Shown here in pieces: positions 1 to 9,337 of a stretch of 64,000 nt of DNA. The translations under genes and the position numbers were made by a program. Position 1 is the stretch's first letter, and each line of letters begins with the position of its first letter. The notes beneath the pieces were generated by a model, which saw only the letters and a list, made by a program, of their open reading frames with translations, was not told where the DNA came from and searched no databases. This stretch comes from Deltaproteobacteria bacterium (GTDB lineage: Bacteria; Myxococcota_A; Polyangia; Polyangiales; Houyiibacteriaceae): contig JAXMNT010000005.1 of NCBI GenBank assembly GCA_034670305.1, forward strand, positions 192,415 to 256,414, given 5' to 3'.

Positions 1-813
1 GACGACGACGACGACGACGATGCGTCTGGGGCGAAGAAGAAGCGGAAGAAGAAGAAGAAGAAGAAGAAGAAGAAGCCCGAGGAGGATTATCCGGAGCCGG
101 ATGAGCGGGCGCAGCGGATGGCGGGGGCGGGGTGTTTGGTGGTGGTGGCGCTCATCGCGATCACGTTCTACTTCGTGTTCGACGCGGCGTTCAAAGACCT
201 CACCGATCTGACCACCGAGGACCACACCGCCGCGCTCGAGGCGGGGGGGACGTTGCCGGGCGGGCAGCGCATGCTCGAGCAGCGTCACGCGCCGATCGAG
301 AGCAACGTCGACTGGGAGGTGGAACCGACCGCGGCGCTCGCACGGGCGCAGGCGGAGGAGAAGCCGATCGTGGTCGTGTTCACCGCCGAGTGGGCGACGG
401 CGAGCCGGGACATGCTCGAAGGCACGTTCGCCAACGAAGAGGTCGCGACGCTGCTCGAGATGGAATACGTCGCGCTGCGGGTGGACCTGTCGAACATGAG
501 CCTCGCCGCGCGCGATTTCGCGGATCAGTACCGGGTGCGGGGGTTGCCGCACGTGACGTTCATCGCGCCGGACGGGATGCGGCTGCGGCCAGACACGCGG
601 ACGCTGATCGATGCGCGCGACATGCTGGTGTACTTGGTGGAGGCCATGCAGGCGTACCAGGACGGCCACCGGTACGAACAAGCGGGCGAGGCGCCGGTGC
701 GCAGGCGCAACCCGGAGGACGAGGATCTGACGCCGGAGATCCCGGAGACGGACGATCCGCCCGTCCCGATCCCGATTCCCGAAGACACCCCGGACGAGTC
801 CGAGCCCGAGTAG
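1..813 (+). CDS. Membrane-anchored thioredoxin-fold protein lacking CxxC (5' end truncated by window edge)
   Basis: Frame is open from base 1 (DDDDDDDASGAKKKRKKKKKKKKKKPEEDY...) into the 118..813 ORF. One TM helix, then 'ALARAQAEEKPIVVVFTAEWATASRDM...YVALRVD...YRVRGLPHVTFIAPDG', a thioredoxin-like pattern in which WCxxC is replaced by WATAS. Confidence 0.75.
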   Translation, partial: DDDDDDDASGAKKKRKKKKKKKKKKPEEDYPEPDERAQRMAGAGCLVVVALIAITFYFVFDAAFKDLTDLTTEDHTAALEAGGTLPGGQRMLEQRHAPIESNVDWEVEPTAALARAQAEEKPIVVVFTAEWATASRDMLEGTFANEEVATLLEMEYVALRVDLSNMSLAARDFADQYRVRGLPHVTFIAPDGMRLRPDTRTLIDARDMLVYLVEAMQAYQDGHRYEQAGEAPVRRRNPEDEDLTPEIPETDDPPVPIPIPEDTPDESEPE

Positions 814-823
814 GCGCACCAGG

Positions 824-983
824 GGCGTGCCGAACCCTTCCCCCTAAGAAAAGACGGTCGCGTGACCGACACGGCGCAGTCGAGCGAAGCGAGCACAAGC
901 CGTGTCACCGGGGCGGGGTTTGGGTGCCCCCAAGAAAGAAGGGCCGCCAGTCTCGCGAAGCGAGCCAGGCCCGTCGTGGCAAG
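824..983. repeat. Modular REP-like intergenic element (modules C + A)
   Basis: Contains gggccgccagtctcgcgaagcgagccaggccc (941-972), also at 45430, 45661, 58331 and inverted at ~50957 and ~51194. Segment 877-938 recurs inverted at ~63923-63986. Lies between convergent genes. Confidence 0.8.
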
Positions 984-1364
984 CTAGTCCGTCTTGGGCG
1001 GGGGCGGCTGCGAGGGCACCTGGGAGGATCGGGAGACGTCCGCGAGCAACGGTTCGAGGTCGTCGATCGCTTCGGTGAAGGAGACCGCCACCCGGTGGCG
1101 CCACAGGCCCTCGGAGTCCTCTTCGTTGTCTTCCACGCGGACGATGGTGCCGATCATCTCGCGCTCGGGCAGCTCGTCTCCGGGCAGGCGCAGCATGACC
1201 ACCACGCGCTCGCCGACGACCGGCTCAGCGGCGGCGACCATCATCACGCCGGTGGCGCTGATGTCGCGGCTGATGCCGATGATGACCTCGCCTTCGCCGC
1301 TGATCTGAAGCGGGAACCAGATGGTGAATCGTTGCGCGCCACGGCGATCTTCTTCTTCTGTCAT
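984..1364 (-). CDS. Single-domain PilZ protein (c-di-GMP receptor)
   Basis: MTEEEDRRGAQRF (RxxxR) and RDISATG (DxSxxG). The ATG overlaps the TGA of the upstream oxygenase (ATGA). Confidence 0.8.
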   Translation of the reverse strand: MTEEEDRRGAQRFTIWFPLQISGEGEVIIGISRDISATGVMMVAAAEPVVGERVVVMLRLPGDELPEREMIGTIVRVEDNEEDSEGLWRHRVAVSFTEAIDDLEPLLADVSRSSQVPSQPPPPKTD

Positions 1365-2302
1365 TTGGTCAGACCGATCGCGCGCAGCCGCTCCATCAGA
1401 AACTCTTCGTTGTTGATGGGCGCGTACTTGGGGGTTTCGCCGTCCTCGAGGCAGGAGGGCAGCACCTCGAGCATGGCGTCGAGGTGCGGGTGGACGAAGA
1501 AGGGCATCGAGTACCGAGCGGTCGGCTCGCCCTGTGGGTTGACCACGCGGTGGGTGGTGGCCGGGATCGTGTCGTTGGTGATCCGCATCATCATGTCGCC
1601 GGTATCGGCGATGATCTGCCCGGGGATGGCGCGGATGGGGAGCCACTTTCCGTCGCGGGTGAGCAGCTCGAGCCCGGACTGATCGGCCGGTGGCAGCAAG
1701 GTCATCAGGTTGATGTCCTCGTGCTGGGCCGCCCGCATCGCGCCCGGTTTGTCGAAGCCGTCGCACACCGGGTAGTGGATCACGCGCTGCAGCGTGTTGC
1801 CCCCGCGGGCCATGTCGACGAGGAAACTCGGCTCGGTGCCGAGGTAGATGCCGAGCGCTTCGAGGCACTCGAACGCCACCCGATCGAGCGCATCGTAAAG
1901 CTCGAGCGAGGTCTGCTTCACCGCTTCGACTTCGGCGGGCCACACGTTCTTCGGAAGCCGCTCGAACATCGGGTCGGACTTCGAGGCTTCGCGTCCGACA
2001 TGGAAGAACTCCTTGAGATCGGGCTGCGTGTTGTCCTTCGCGTGTTCGACGCCAAACGACGTGTAGCCGCGGCGACGGCCGGTCTCCGGGTGCTCGTATT
2101 GGCGCTTCACCTCATCGGGCAACGCGAAGAAGGTCCGGTACGCGGCGTAGGTGCGCTCGAACAGATCTTGGTCGATGCCGTACCCTTCGATCGCGACGAA
2201 GCCGAGCTCTTTGAGCGCGTCCCCATATTGCTGGATGAAGGAATCGCGTGTCGCGGGGTCGCGGTACGCACGCAAATCGACGACGGGAATGGTTTGCTCC
2301 AC
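1361..2302 (-). CDS. Isopenicillin N synthase-like 2OG-Fe(II) oxygenase
   Basis: IPVVDL N-terminus, DLKEFF, HxD (AQHEDIN), distal His (TTHRVV), RxS (RYSMPFF). Confidence 0.9.
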   Translation of the reverse strand: MEQTIPVVDLRAYRDPATRDSFIQQYGDALKELGFVAIEGYGIDQDLFERTYAAYRTFFALPDEVKRQYEHPETGRRRGYTSFGVEHAKDNTQPDLKEFFHVGREASKSDPMFERLPKNVWPAEVEAVKQTSLELYDALDRVAFECLEALGIYLGTEPSFLVDMARGGNTLQRVIHYPVCDGFDKPGAMRAAQHEDINLMTLLPPADQSGLELLTRDGKWLPIRAIPGQIIADTGDMMMRITNDTIPATTHRVVNPQGEPTARYSMPFFVHPHLDAMLEVLPSCLEDGETPKYAPINNEEFLMERLRAIGLTK

Positions 2303-2364
2303 AAAGCCTCCTGTTCCGTTTGTACCTTGTTCCGCGGCAAAGGGCGCGCGAGAATCGCCGGGTC

Positions 2365-3012
2365 ATGGCCACTCAAAAGCTCTCCACCCTCATGCAGAAC
2401 TATCCGGCAGGCCAGGTCCTGTTCCGGGACGGCGACGAGGGCGACGTCATGTACGTCATCCAGAGCGGCCGGGTGCGCATCTACACCGAGGTCCGCGATC
2501 GGGAGAAACAGCTCGGGATCCTCGGGCCGGGCGACTTCTTCGGCGAGATGGCGATCCTCAACAAGAAGCCGCGCACCGCGACCGCAGCGATCTTCGAAGA
2601 CGCGAAGCTGCTGGTGATCGACCCGCAGACCTTCGGCGCGATGATCGTCAGCAACACGGAGATCGCGGTTCGGCTGATCCGCAAACTCGCGCGCCGCCTC
2701 GACAGCGCGAACACCCTCATCGACCTGCTCATGCACCGGGATCCGAAAGCGCGGGTGATCCTCGGTCTCGCGCACGAAGCGGAATACAACGGCACGACGC
2801 GCGAGGATGGATCGGTGATCGTGCCGCTCGACATGGCGGGCCTCGCCAACCAAATCGGCCTCTCGGAAGAAGAAGTGGCCGGGGTGCTCTCGCGTCTGGA
2901 CCGGCTGAGCATCGTCGAAGCGACGGACGACGGGTTCGTCATCGGGGACGTGATGCGCCTGCACGAGTTCCTGGAGTTCCTCCAGATGCGCGACAAGTTC
3001 GGCGACGTCTAA
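2365..3012 (+). CDS. Crp/Fnr-family cNMP-binding regulator
   Basis: cNMP domain (LFRDGDEGDVMYVIQSGRV...GDFFGEMAIL...PRTATA) plus a C-terminal HTH-like segment (LANQIGLSEEEVAGVLSRL). Confidence 0.85.
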   Translation: MATQKLSTLMQNYPAGQVLFRDGDEGDVMYVIQSGRVRIYTEVRDREKQLGILGPGDFFGEMAILNKKPRTATAAIFEDAKLLVIDPQTFGAMIVSNTEIAVRLIRKLARRLDSANTLIDLLMHRDPKARVILGLAHEAEYNGTTREDGSVIVPLDMAGLANQIGLSEEEVAGVLSRLDRLSIVEATDDGFVIGDVMRLHEFLEFLQMRDKFGDV

Positions 3013-3650
3013 GACCGGGAGAGGGCGGCTCGAGTGGCGGGCGCGGCGTCGGGGTCGAGCGCGAGGTGGGCTCGGAGCAACCGCAGGTCCGCTGGGCGGT
3101 CGACGTCGAACCAGGGTTCGGTGAGGGCCGCGTTCGCTGCGCCGCCGAGCGGTGTCTCGAGAGAACGAAGCGAGTCGGCGAGCGCGTGCCGAGTGGACCA
3201 GCGCACCTCCCGGAAGGTCGGAACCTGGGTGGCCCCGAGGAGCACGTAGCCTCCGTCGTGGCTCGGGGAGAACACGGTGTCGTGGCTGCGGAGCAGTTCG
3301 AACGCCCGGTGCAGGATGCGAAGCGGCATCGAGGGCGCATCGGCCCCCACGATCACGACCCGTTCGCAGTCCGCCAGCGCCGTCTCGATCGCGTGCGCCA
3401 TGCGTTGGCCAAGGTCGTCGCCATGCTGTCGGTGTGTCGCGACGTCGATGCCTTCGAGTCGCGCGTCGTCCGGGCCCGCCCACCACAGCTCGGTCTCGAA
3501 CGCGCCGGTCGTCTTGGTCAGGACGTCGTGGAGAAACGCGCGGTAGAGCGCGGTCGCTCGGGCCGCATCGATGCGGGCCCCGATGAGCCGCGTCTTGACC
3601 TGTCCGGCGACCGGCGCCTTGGCGAAGACGAGTACCTTGGTGTCGTTCAT
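3009..3650 (-). CDS. DUF2064/TIGR04282-type transferase
   Basis: VFAKAPVAGQVKTRL, QHGDDLGQRM, VIVGADAP, DGGYVLLG, WFDVD motifs. ATGA overlap with the upstream GT2 gene. Confidence 0.85.
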   Translation of the reverse strand: MNDTKVLVFAKAPVAGQVKTRLIGARIDAARATALYRAFLHDVLTKTTGAFETELWWAGPDDARLEGIDVATHRQHGDDLGQRMAHAIETALADCERVVIVGADAPSMPLRILHRAFELLRSHDTVFSPSHDGGYVLLGATQVPTFREVRWSTRHALADSLRSLETPLGGAANAALTEPWFDVDRPADLRLLRAHLALDPDAAPATRAALSRS

Positions 3651-4327
3651 CGCGCGTGTTTCGCGAGCTGCCAGAGGATGATCGTGCCGGCGCGCACACT
3701 GCCTTCGATCGTGCCGCTGACCTTGCTCTGGCCGCCGCCGCGGCGGCGGTACGCCACTGGGACCTCGGCGTGGTCGATGCCGAGGCGGGCGGCTTTGATC
3801 TGCATTTCGACCGTCCAGCCGAAGTTGCGGTCTTCCATCTCGAGCCGTTCGAGCGCGGGCCAGGTCACGGCGCGGAACGGACCGAGGTCGGTGTAGCGCG
3901 CGTGGTAGAGCGCCCGCAGCGCGCCGCACGCGATCGCGTTGCCCACCCGCTGCGGCCAGGTGAGCGCGCCTGGTTCGAGGGTGCCGCGGACGCGTGATCC
4001 GATCACGAGCTCGGCCGCGCCGGTGGCGATCGGTTCCAGCAGCACCGGCAGATCGCGCGGGTCGTCGCTGTGGTCGGCGTCGAGAAAGACGACCACGTCC
4101 GGCGGGTCGGCGCGCAGGTGCGCCAGCGCGGTCAGACAGGCGGCGCCGTAGCCACGTTCCCGTTCGACGACCAGGATCGCCCCGCCGGCCCGCGCCACCT
4201 CCGCGGTGCGGTCGGTCGATCCGTTGTCACAGACGACCACGCGGCGCACGCTCGCGGGCAGATCGCGGAGCACCTTCGGCAGCGCCTCTTCTTCGTCGAG
4301 CGCGGGGATGACCACGTCGACGATCAC
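3647..4327 (-). CDS. Glycosyltransferase family 2
   Basis: VVIPALDEE, VCDNGSTD, GYGAAC, FLDAD, YTDLGPFRA, WTVEMQIKAA, SKVSGT. GTG start overlaps the upstream TGA (GTGA). Confidence 0.9.
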   Translation of the reverse strand: MIVDVVIPALDEEEALPKVLRDLPASVRRVVVCDNGSTDRTAEVARAGGAILVVERERGYGAACLTALAHLRADPPDVVVFLDADHSDDPRDLPVLLEPIATGAAELVIGSRVRGTLEPGALTWPQRVGNAIACGALRALYHARYTDLGPFRAVTWPALERLEMEDRNFGWTVEMQIKAARLGIDHAEVPVAYRRRGGGQSKVSGTIEGSVRAGTIILWQLAKHAR

Positions 4328-5598
4328 GGAGCCGGCGCCGCGGGTTCGGGCAGCCCGCGCGGGATGGGGGCGTTCGACGGGAAACCGCGCTTGAGCGACT
4401 GCCACACGTAGGCGCGGGCGAGCCGCATCATCTGGTGTTCGAGCCGCCCGTAGGCTTCGGTGCCGGCGCCGGCCAGCTCGCGCATGTACTCGTGTCCGAA
4501 GAGCACCCGCAGCCATCGGCGGGACTTGCCGGTGTAGAGCAACTTCGCGAGGCGGTACTGAAAGCGGAGGTTGCGTCCGGCTTCGGACTTCAGGAACCCG
4601 CGTTCGAAGTCGGGGATCGTGCGGCGCCCGGCGGCGAGCGCTTCCGCGATCCGGGGCGCGGCGTACATCGCGGTCTCCAGCGACGGGGCGATGCCCTCCC
4701 CGAGCAGCGGGTCGATGCCCCACGCTTCGCCGACGAGCACGAGGCCTGGCCGGTGCGCTTCGGTCTTCGGGTCGTAGTAGTGCTCCGGCCAACCCGCGAT
4801 CTTCGCGTCCACCCGGTCGAAGCCGTTGCGGTCGGCGTAGGCATCGGTCCAGGCGCGGAGCGTCTTGCCGTCGGTGACGCCGCGGCCATCCATGATCCCG
4901 ATCTTCCAGAACGCGCCCGGTTCGGATCCGGGTTTCGGGTACGTGAAGATCCAGGCGTACCCGGGGATGTCGTCGAGGAGCGGATCGAAGTCGAAGTAGA
5001 GCCGGCCGGGATCGAACTCGGGTGCACCAGTTCCGGGCCGGCCAGTTCCGGGCCGAGAGGGGCGCTGTACATACACCGACTCCACCAGCCGTCCGACCAC
5101 GCCGCCCCGCAGCTCGAGCGATCGCCGCACCGCGCCTCGGGCGCCGTCTGCCCCGACGACCCAGGGGAAGGTCTCGGTGTGGCTCTGGCGGTTGTGCTGG
5201 AACGTCAGACTCCAGGACTCGCCGTCCGCGACGATGCCGGTGAGCCGATGGGCCTCCCGCACCTCGACACCGAGACGCTTGCACTCGTCGAGCAGCCGGT
5301 TGTCGAGCACGCCTCGGTCGTAGAGCCACTGCTGCCCCCGCTCGACGATCGGGAACGCGCCGAGCGCACACCGGAACTCGAGCTCCCGCGTGTCGCAACC
5401 GCCGACCGGATGTTCGCCGAGCAGATCCTCGAGCAGCTCGGTGCCGCGGGTGGTCAGCGCGCCTCCGCACAGCTTCGGGCGCGGGAAGGTCGCTTGATCA
5501 AAAATCACGATCTGGTCCGCCCCGACCCCGGCGCGCAGCAGCTGCAACGCCGTCGCGCTGCCGCTCGGGCCACCGCCCACGATCGCGATCGCACTCAC
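4324..5598 (-). CDS. FAD-dependent oxidoreductase, geranylgeranyl-reductase-like
   Basis: AIVGGGPSGS (Rossmann), FPRPKLCGGAL, VGADGA, GYAWIF, LVGEAWGIDPLLGEGI. GTG start inferred. Confidence 0.85.
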   Translation of the reverse strand: MSAIAIVGGGPSGSATALQLLRAGVGADQIVIFDQATFPRPKLCGGALTTRGTELLEDLLGEHPVGGCDTRELEFRCALGAFPIVERGQQWLYDRGVLDNRLLDECKRLGVEVREAHRLTGIVADGESWSLTFQHNRQSHTETFPWVVGADGARGAVRRSLELRGGVVGRLVESVYVQRPSRPGTGRPGTGAPEFDPGRLYFDFDPLLDDIPGYAWIFTYPKPGSEPGAFWKIGIMDGRGVTDGKTLRAWTDAYADRNGFDRVDAKIAGWPEHYYDPKTEAHRPGLVLVGEAWGIDPLLGEGIAPSLETAMYAAPRIAEALAAGRRTIPDFERGFLKSEAGRNLRFQYRLAKLLYTGKSRRWLRVLFGHEYMRELAGAGTEAYGRLEHQMMRLARAYVWQSLKRGFPSNAPIPRGLPEPAAPAP

Positions 5599-5663
5599 CC
5601 GAAGACGATCGCATAGCCAAGCCCCCACGCAACCGACTTGGGTCCCCCACGGGCCCCGCGACC

Positions 5664-5738
5664 AAGCGGCTCCATCGCCGTGCACCTGCGCAGGCCGCAG
5701 GCCGAGCAACTGGTGCACTCCCCAGGCCCGTGGTGCAA
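5664..5738. repeat. Partial REP-like element (module B)
   Basis: gtgcacctgcgcaggccgcaggccgagcaactggtgcactcccc, also at ~45497, ~58112 and inverted at ~51116-51158. Confidence 0.85.
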
Positions 5739-5937
5739 TAAAAGACGCAACCGGCGCAGGCGGGGCCCGAGAAGGTCGCCGTGCCGCGGGAGACCGAGGC
5801 CACCGTCACCATCCCAAACCAGCGGAGTGCGGGGCGTCCACAACGGTGTGGGCGTCCCGCACGATGCCTTGGTCCAGGGAGAGACCGGCGCCGCTCCAGA
5901 AGTGGTTCTTCCGGAAGCGGCGACGCTGAAGCCGGAA

Positions 5938-7635
5938 CTACCGGAAGCGGCGACGGGTCAGCCAGGCGAGGCCGACCGCGAGCCAGAGCAGCGGTGCCGA
6001 GCTCGGGGCACCGGGCGTCGCGCAGCTGCAGCCGCCGCTGTCTCGCCGGGGCATCGGGCGTCCTGCGTCGCCGACCGGACCGCTGTCCATCTCGACCACA
6101 CCACCGTCCTCCACCGGACCGCCGTCGACCGAACCGGCGTCGACCGGATCGGGCACAACCGGCAGCTGGCACATGCCGTCCATGCAGACCTCGACGCCCG
6201 GGCAGACCGCGCCCTCGCATGCATCGATGCAGCCCCGCCCTGCGCGGCAGGTGGCGCCCGGCTCGCACATGACGCCCACGCAGTCGGTCGGCTCGCAGAG
6301 GCCATCGGCCTGGCAGGTCTCGCCGGCACCGCAGGCGCCGCCCGGGAGGTCACAGCGCACGATGCAGGCGCCCGCAGAGCAGACGCTGCACTCCGGGTCG
6401 CAGGTCAGCTCTTCGCAGAGATCGAGACAGCGCCCGCCGCGGCAGTTCTGCCCGTCGGGGCAGGTCACCCCATCACAGGCGCCGACGCATTCGCCGAGCC
6501 GGCAGCGCTGGCCCGCCGGACACTCGAGGTCTTCGCATCCCGCGTCGACGCAGCGCCCGTCCGCGGTGCAGGTCTGTCCTTCGCCGCAGCCGCCCTCGAA
6601 GCACACGTCGATGCACACGCCGCGATCGCAGACCGCGGTCTCGCCGCCGCACAGCGCGTCGCCTTCGTCGACCATGCCGTCGCAGTCGTTGTCGAGCGAG
6701 TCGCACGATTCGTCGGAGGCCGGAACGACCGGCGCACACTCGGTGCCGCCGCCGATGCACTGCGTCGCGCCCTCCGCGCACACGCCGACCATGCCGGTGT
6801 CGCAGGCGGCGCCCGCATCCGGACAGAGCACGGCGCCACTGCGGATCTGGAAACGCCAGACCCCGACTTCACCCACGTTCGATCCGGTGCACAGCGCACT
6901 GGCGATGCCGGGCGCGCGGGAGCCGGAGATCTCCACGAAGTCGCTCGAGTTGCCCGCGTCGAACCCGGCCTGGGCTTCGGTGCCGCCGAAGCCGCCGCTG
7001 CCGCCGGACGCATCGCCGGTCTCCCACTCGCAGCGGTTGTATCGAAACTCGACGTCGAAGTCGCCGTCCGCGCCGCCGCACCCAGGCACCGCCGTCAGGA
7101 TGAGCTGAAAGCTCATGCGCAGGTCGGTGTGGCAGGAGAAGTACCCGGTGTCGTACCAGGTCGTGACCATGCGGCCGGGCTCGAGGTGCCAGTAGACCTG
7201 GTTGTCTCGGCTCGCGGCGGACGCGGTGCACACGCCGGTCGAACCGCCCAAGCCGCAGCCACCGAAGATGCCACCGCCGTCGTCGACGCGGGTGTCTACG
7301 TCCGCCCAATAGGGCGCGATCATGGGCTGCTCCGCGACCGGGAACGGGTTCGGGGTGTAGGTGCCGAGCGCGGCGCTGAAGGTGATGTTGCCGTTCGTGT
7401 TCACGAACGCGCTCGTGTGCGTGCGGTCGAAGAATCGCAGCCCGGCGGGGAACGCCGGGGTCAGATCAATCGACGGCGACGAGCCGTCGTCGTTCAGATG
7501 CAGGCAGCTCGAGCCGTAGTCGGCTGGACCCCCGAATCCGCTCGCAAGGGGCGCCTGCGCTGCCGCCGCCGAAGCGAACAGGAGCGCGAACAGAGCTGCA
7601 CAAGAACCAAACCGACAAGCCAAGAGAACCTCCAA
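5938..7635 (-). CDS. Nidogen-like (NIDO) domain surface protein with Cys-rich stalk and MYXO-CTERM
   Basis: Signal peptide. NIDO motifs NDDGSS, FVNTNGNITF, IAPYWADVDTR, FQLIL, AQAGFDAGN, SNVGEVGVWRF. Cys-rich repeats. C-terminal GGCSC + TM + RRRFR. Confidence 0.85.
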   Translation of the reverse strand: MEVLLACRFGSCAALFALLFASAAAAQAPLASGFGGPADYGSSCLHLNDDGSSPSIDLTPAFPAGLRFFDRTHTSAFVNTNGNITFSAALGTYTPNPFPVAEQPMIAPYWADVDTRVDDGGGIFGGCGLGGSTGVCTASAASRDNQVYWHLEPGRMVTTWYDTGYFSCHTDLRMSFQLILTAVPGCGGADGDFDVEFRYNRCEWETGDASGGSGGFGGTEAQAGFDAGNSSDFVEISGSRAPGIASALCTGSNVGEVGVWRFQIRSGAVLCPDAGAACDTGMVGVCAEGATQCIGGGTECAPVVPASDESCDSLDNDCDGMVDEGDALCGGETAVCDRGVCIDVCFEGGCGEGQTCTADGRCVDAGCEDLECPAGQRCRLGECVGACDGVTCPDGQNCRGGRCLDLCEELTCDPECSVCSAGACIVRCDLPGGACGAGETCQADGLCEPTDCVGVMCEPGATCRAGRGCIDACEGAVCPGVEVCMDGMCQLPVVPDPVDAGSVDGGPVEDGGVVEMDSGPVGDAGRPMPRRDSGGCSCATPGAPSSAPLLWLAVGLAWLTRRRFR

Positions 7636-7650
7636 GCCTGTCAGCTTGAC

Positions 7651-9321
7651 TCAACGGCGCCTTCGATACCAGACGGCGGCGCCCAGACCGAGCAGTACGA
7701 AGGGCGCGGCGGGTCCGTGGGAGCCCGCGCCCGGCACGGCGCAGCCGCAGCCGTCGTCCCGCGGCGGGAGCGTCCGACCGGCGTCGGCCGTCGGATCGCC
7801 GGCGTCTTCCTCTGCCACGCCCGCGTCTTCCTCTTCCACGCCCGCGTCCTCACCTGGGGGACCGGCGTCGGGCTCGACGCTCATCTCTTCCACGCATTCG
7901 CCCGCTTGGCAGATTTCGGTGCCCGGGCACATGACGCCTTCGCAGGCGTCGATGCATCCGCGCCCCACGACACACACCAAACCGGCGTCGCACATGACGC
8001 CAAGGCATTCGGTCGGTTCGCAGAGACCGTCCTCGAGACAGGTCTGGCCCGCACCGCAGGCGCCGCCGGTGAGATCGCAGCGGACGACGCACTCGCCGCG
8101 CGAGCAGACGCTGCACTCCGGATCGCAGCTCAGGTCTTCGCAGAGATCGAGGCAGCGGCCGCCGCGGCAATCCTGGCCCGCCGGGCACACCACTCCGTCG
8201 CAAGCGCCCACACACTCGCCGGCCTGGCAGGTCTGGCCGGGAGGACATTCGAGCTCCTCGCAGCCGGTGTCGACGCATCGACCATCGGCCGTGCAGGTCT
8301 GGCCTTCGCTGCAGCCACCCTCGAAGCACACGTCGATGCAGACGCCGCGATCGCAGACGGCGGTGTCTCCACCGCAGAGCGCGTCGCCCTCGTCGATCAT
8401 GCCGTCGCAGTCGTTGTCGAGCGAGTCGCAGCGCTCATCCGACGAAGGAACCACGGGGGTGCATTCGGTGCCGCCGCCGACGCACTGGGTCGCGCCTTCC
8501 GCGCACACGCCGACCATGCCGGTGCTGCACGCGCGTCCCGCGTCGGGACAGAGCACCGTGCCGCTGCGGATCTGGAAGCGCCAGACGCCCATCTCGCCGA
8601 CGTTCGAGGTCGTGCAGAGCAGGCTGGCGATGCCAGGCATGCGGGAGCCGGGGATCTCGACGAAGTCGCGCGAGTTGCCCGCGTCGAACCCGGCCTGGGC
8701 TTCGGTGCCACCGAAACCACCGCTGCCGCCGGATGCGTCGCCGGTCTCCCAGCCGCATTCGTTGTATCGAAACTCCACGTCGAAGTCGCCTTCGGCCCCG
8801 CCGCACCCGGGCACCGCGGTGAGGATCAACTGGAAGTTCATCACCAGGTCGTCGTTGCAGCTGTAGTAGTTGGTGTCGTACCAGGTCACGACCATCCGGC
8901 CGGGCTCCAGGTGCCACCACACCGAGTTGCGCCCGGTGCTCTCGCACGTGCCGCGGGAGCCGGTGCGGCAGCCAGCGCTCGTGTCGCGGATGTCCACGTC
9001 TGCCCAGTACGGGGCGATCATCGGCTGGGCCGCGACGGGGAAGCCGCGCGGGGTGTAGGTGCCGAGCGCACCGCTGAAGGTGAGGTTGCCGTTCGTGTTG
9101 ACGAACACGTTGGTGTGCGTCGTGTCGAAGAACCGCAGACCGGCCGGAAACGCCGGCGCGAGGCTGATGGAGTTCGACGACGAGTCGTCGTTCGGATGCA
9201 GGCACTGGGTGCCGTAGTCGGTGGGTCCACCGAGTCCGGAGAGCAGTGGGGCCTGCGCGCGGGCCTGCCCAGCAAACGCGGCGGTCGCGACACAAACGAA
9301 CAAAACAAGGGGAAGACGCAC
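7651..9321 (-). CDS. Nidogen-like (NIDO) domain surface protein with Cys-rich stalk and MYXO-CTERM (tandem paralog)
   Basis: Same architecture as 5938..7635, with long near-identical stretches. C-terminal DDGCGC + TM + RRRR. Confidence 0.85.
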   Translation of the reverse strand: MRLPLVLFVCVATAAFAGQARAQAPLLSGLGGPTDYGTQCLHPNDDSSSNSISLAPAFPAGLRFFDTTHTNVFVNTNGNLTFSGALGTYTPRGFPVAAQPMIAPYWADVDIRDTSAGCRTGSRGTCESTGRNSVWWHLEPGRMVVTWYDTNYYSCNDDLVMNFQLILTAVPGCGGAEGDFDVEFRYNECGWETGDASGGSGGFGGTEAQAGFDAGNSRDFVEIPGSRMPGIASLLCTTSNVGEMGVWRFQIRSGTVLCPDAGRACSTGMVGVCAEGATQCVGGGTECTPVVPSSDERCDSLDNDCDGMIDEGDALCGGDTAVCDRGVCIDVCFEGGCSEGQTCTADGRCVDTGCEELECPPGQTCQAGECVGACDGVVCPAGQDCRGGRCLDLCEDLSCDPECSVCSRGECVVRCDLTGGACGAGQTCLEDGLCEPTECLGVMCDAGLVCVVGRGCIDACEGVMCPGTEICQAGECVEEMSVEPDAGPPGEDAGVEEEDAGVAEEDAGDPTADAGRTLPPRDDGCGCAVPGAGSHGPAAPFVLLGLGAAVWYRRRR

Positions 9322-9337
9322 GAAAAACCTCCAGGGA

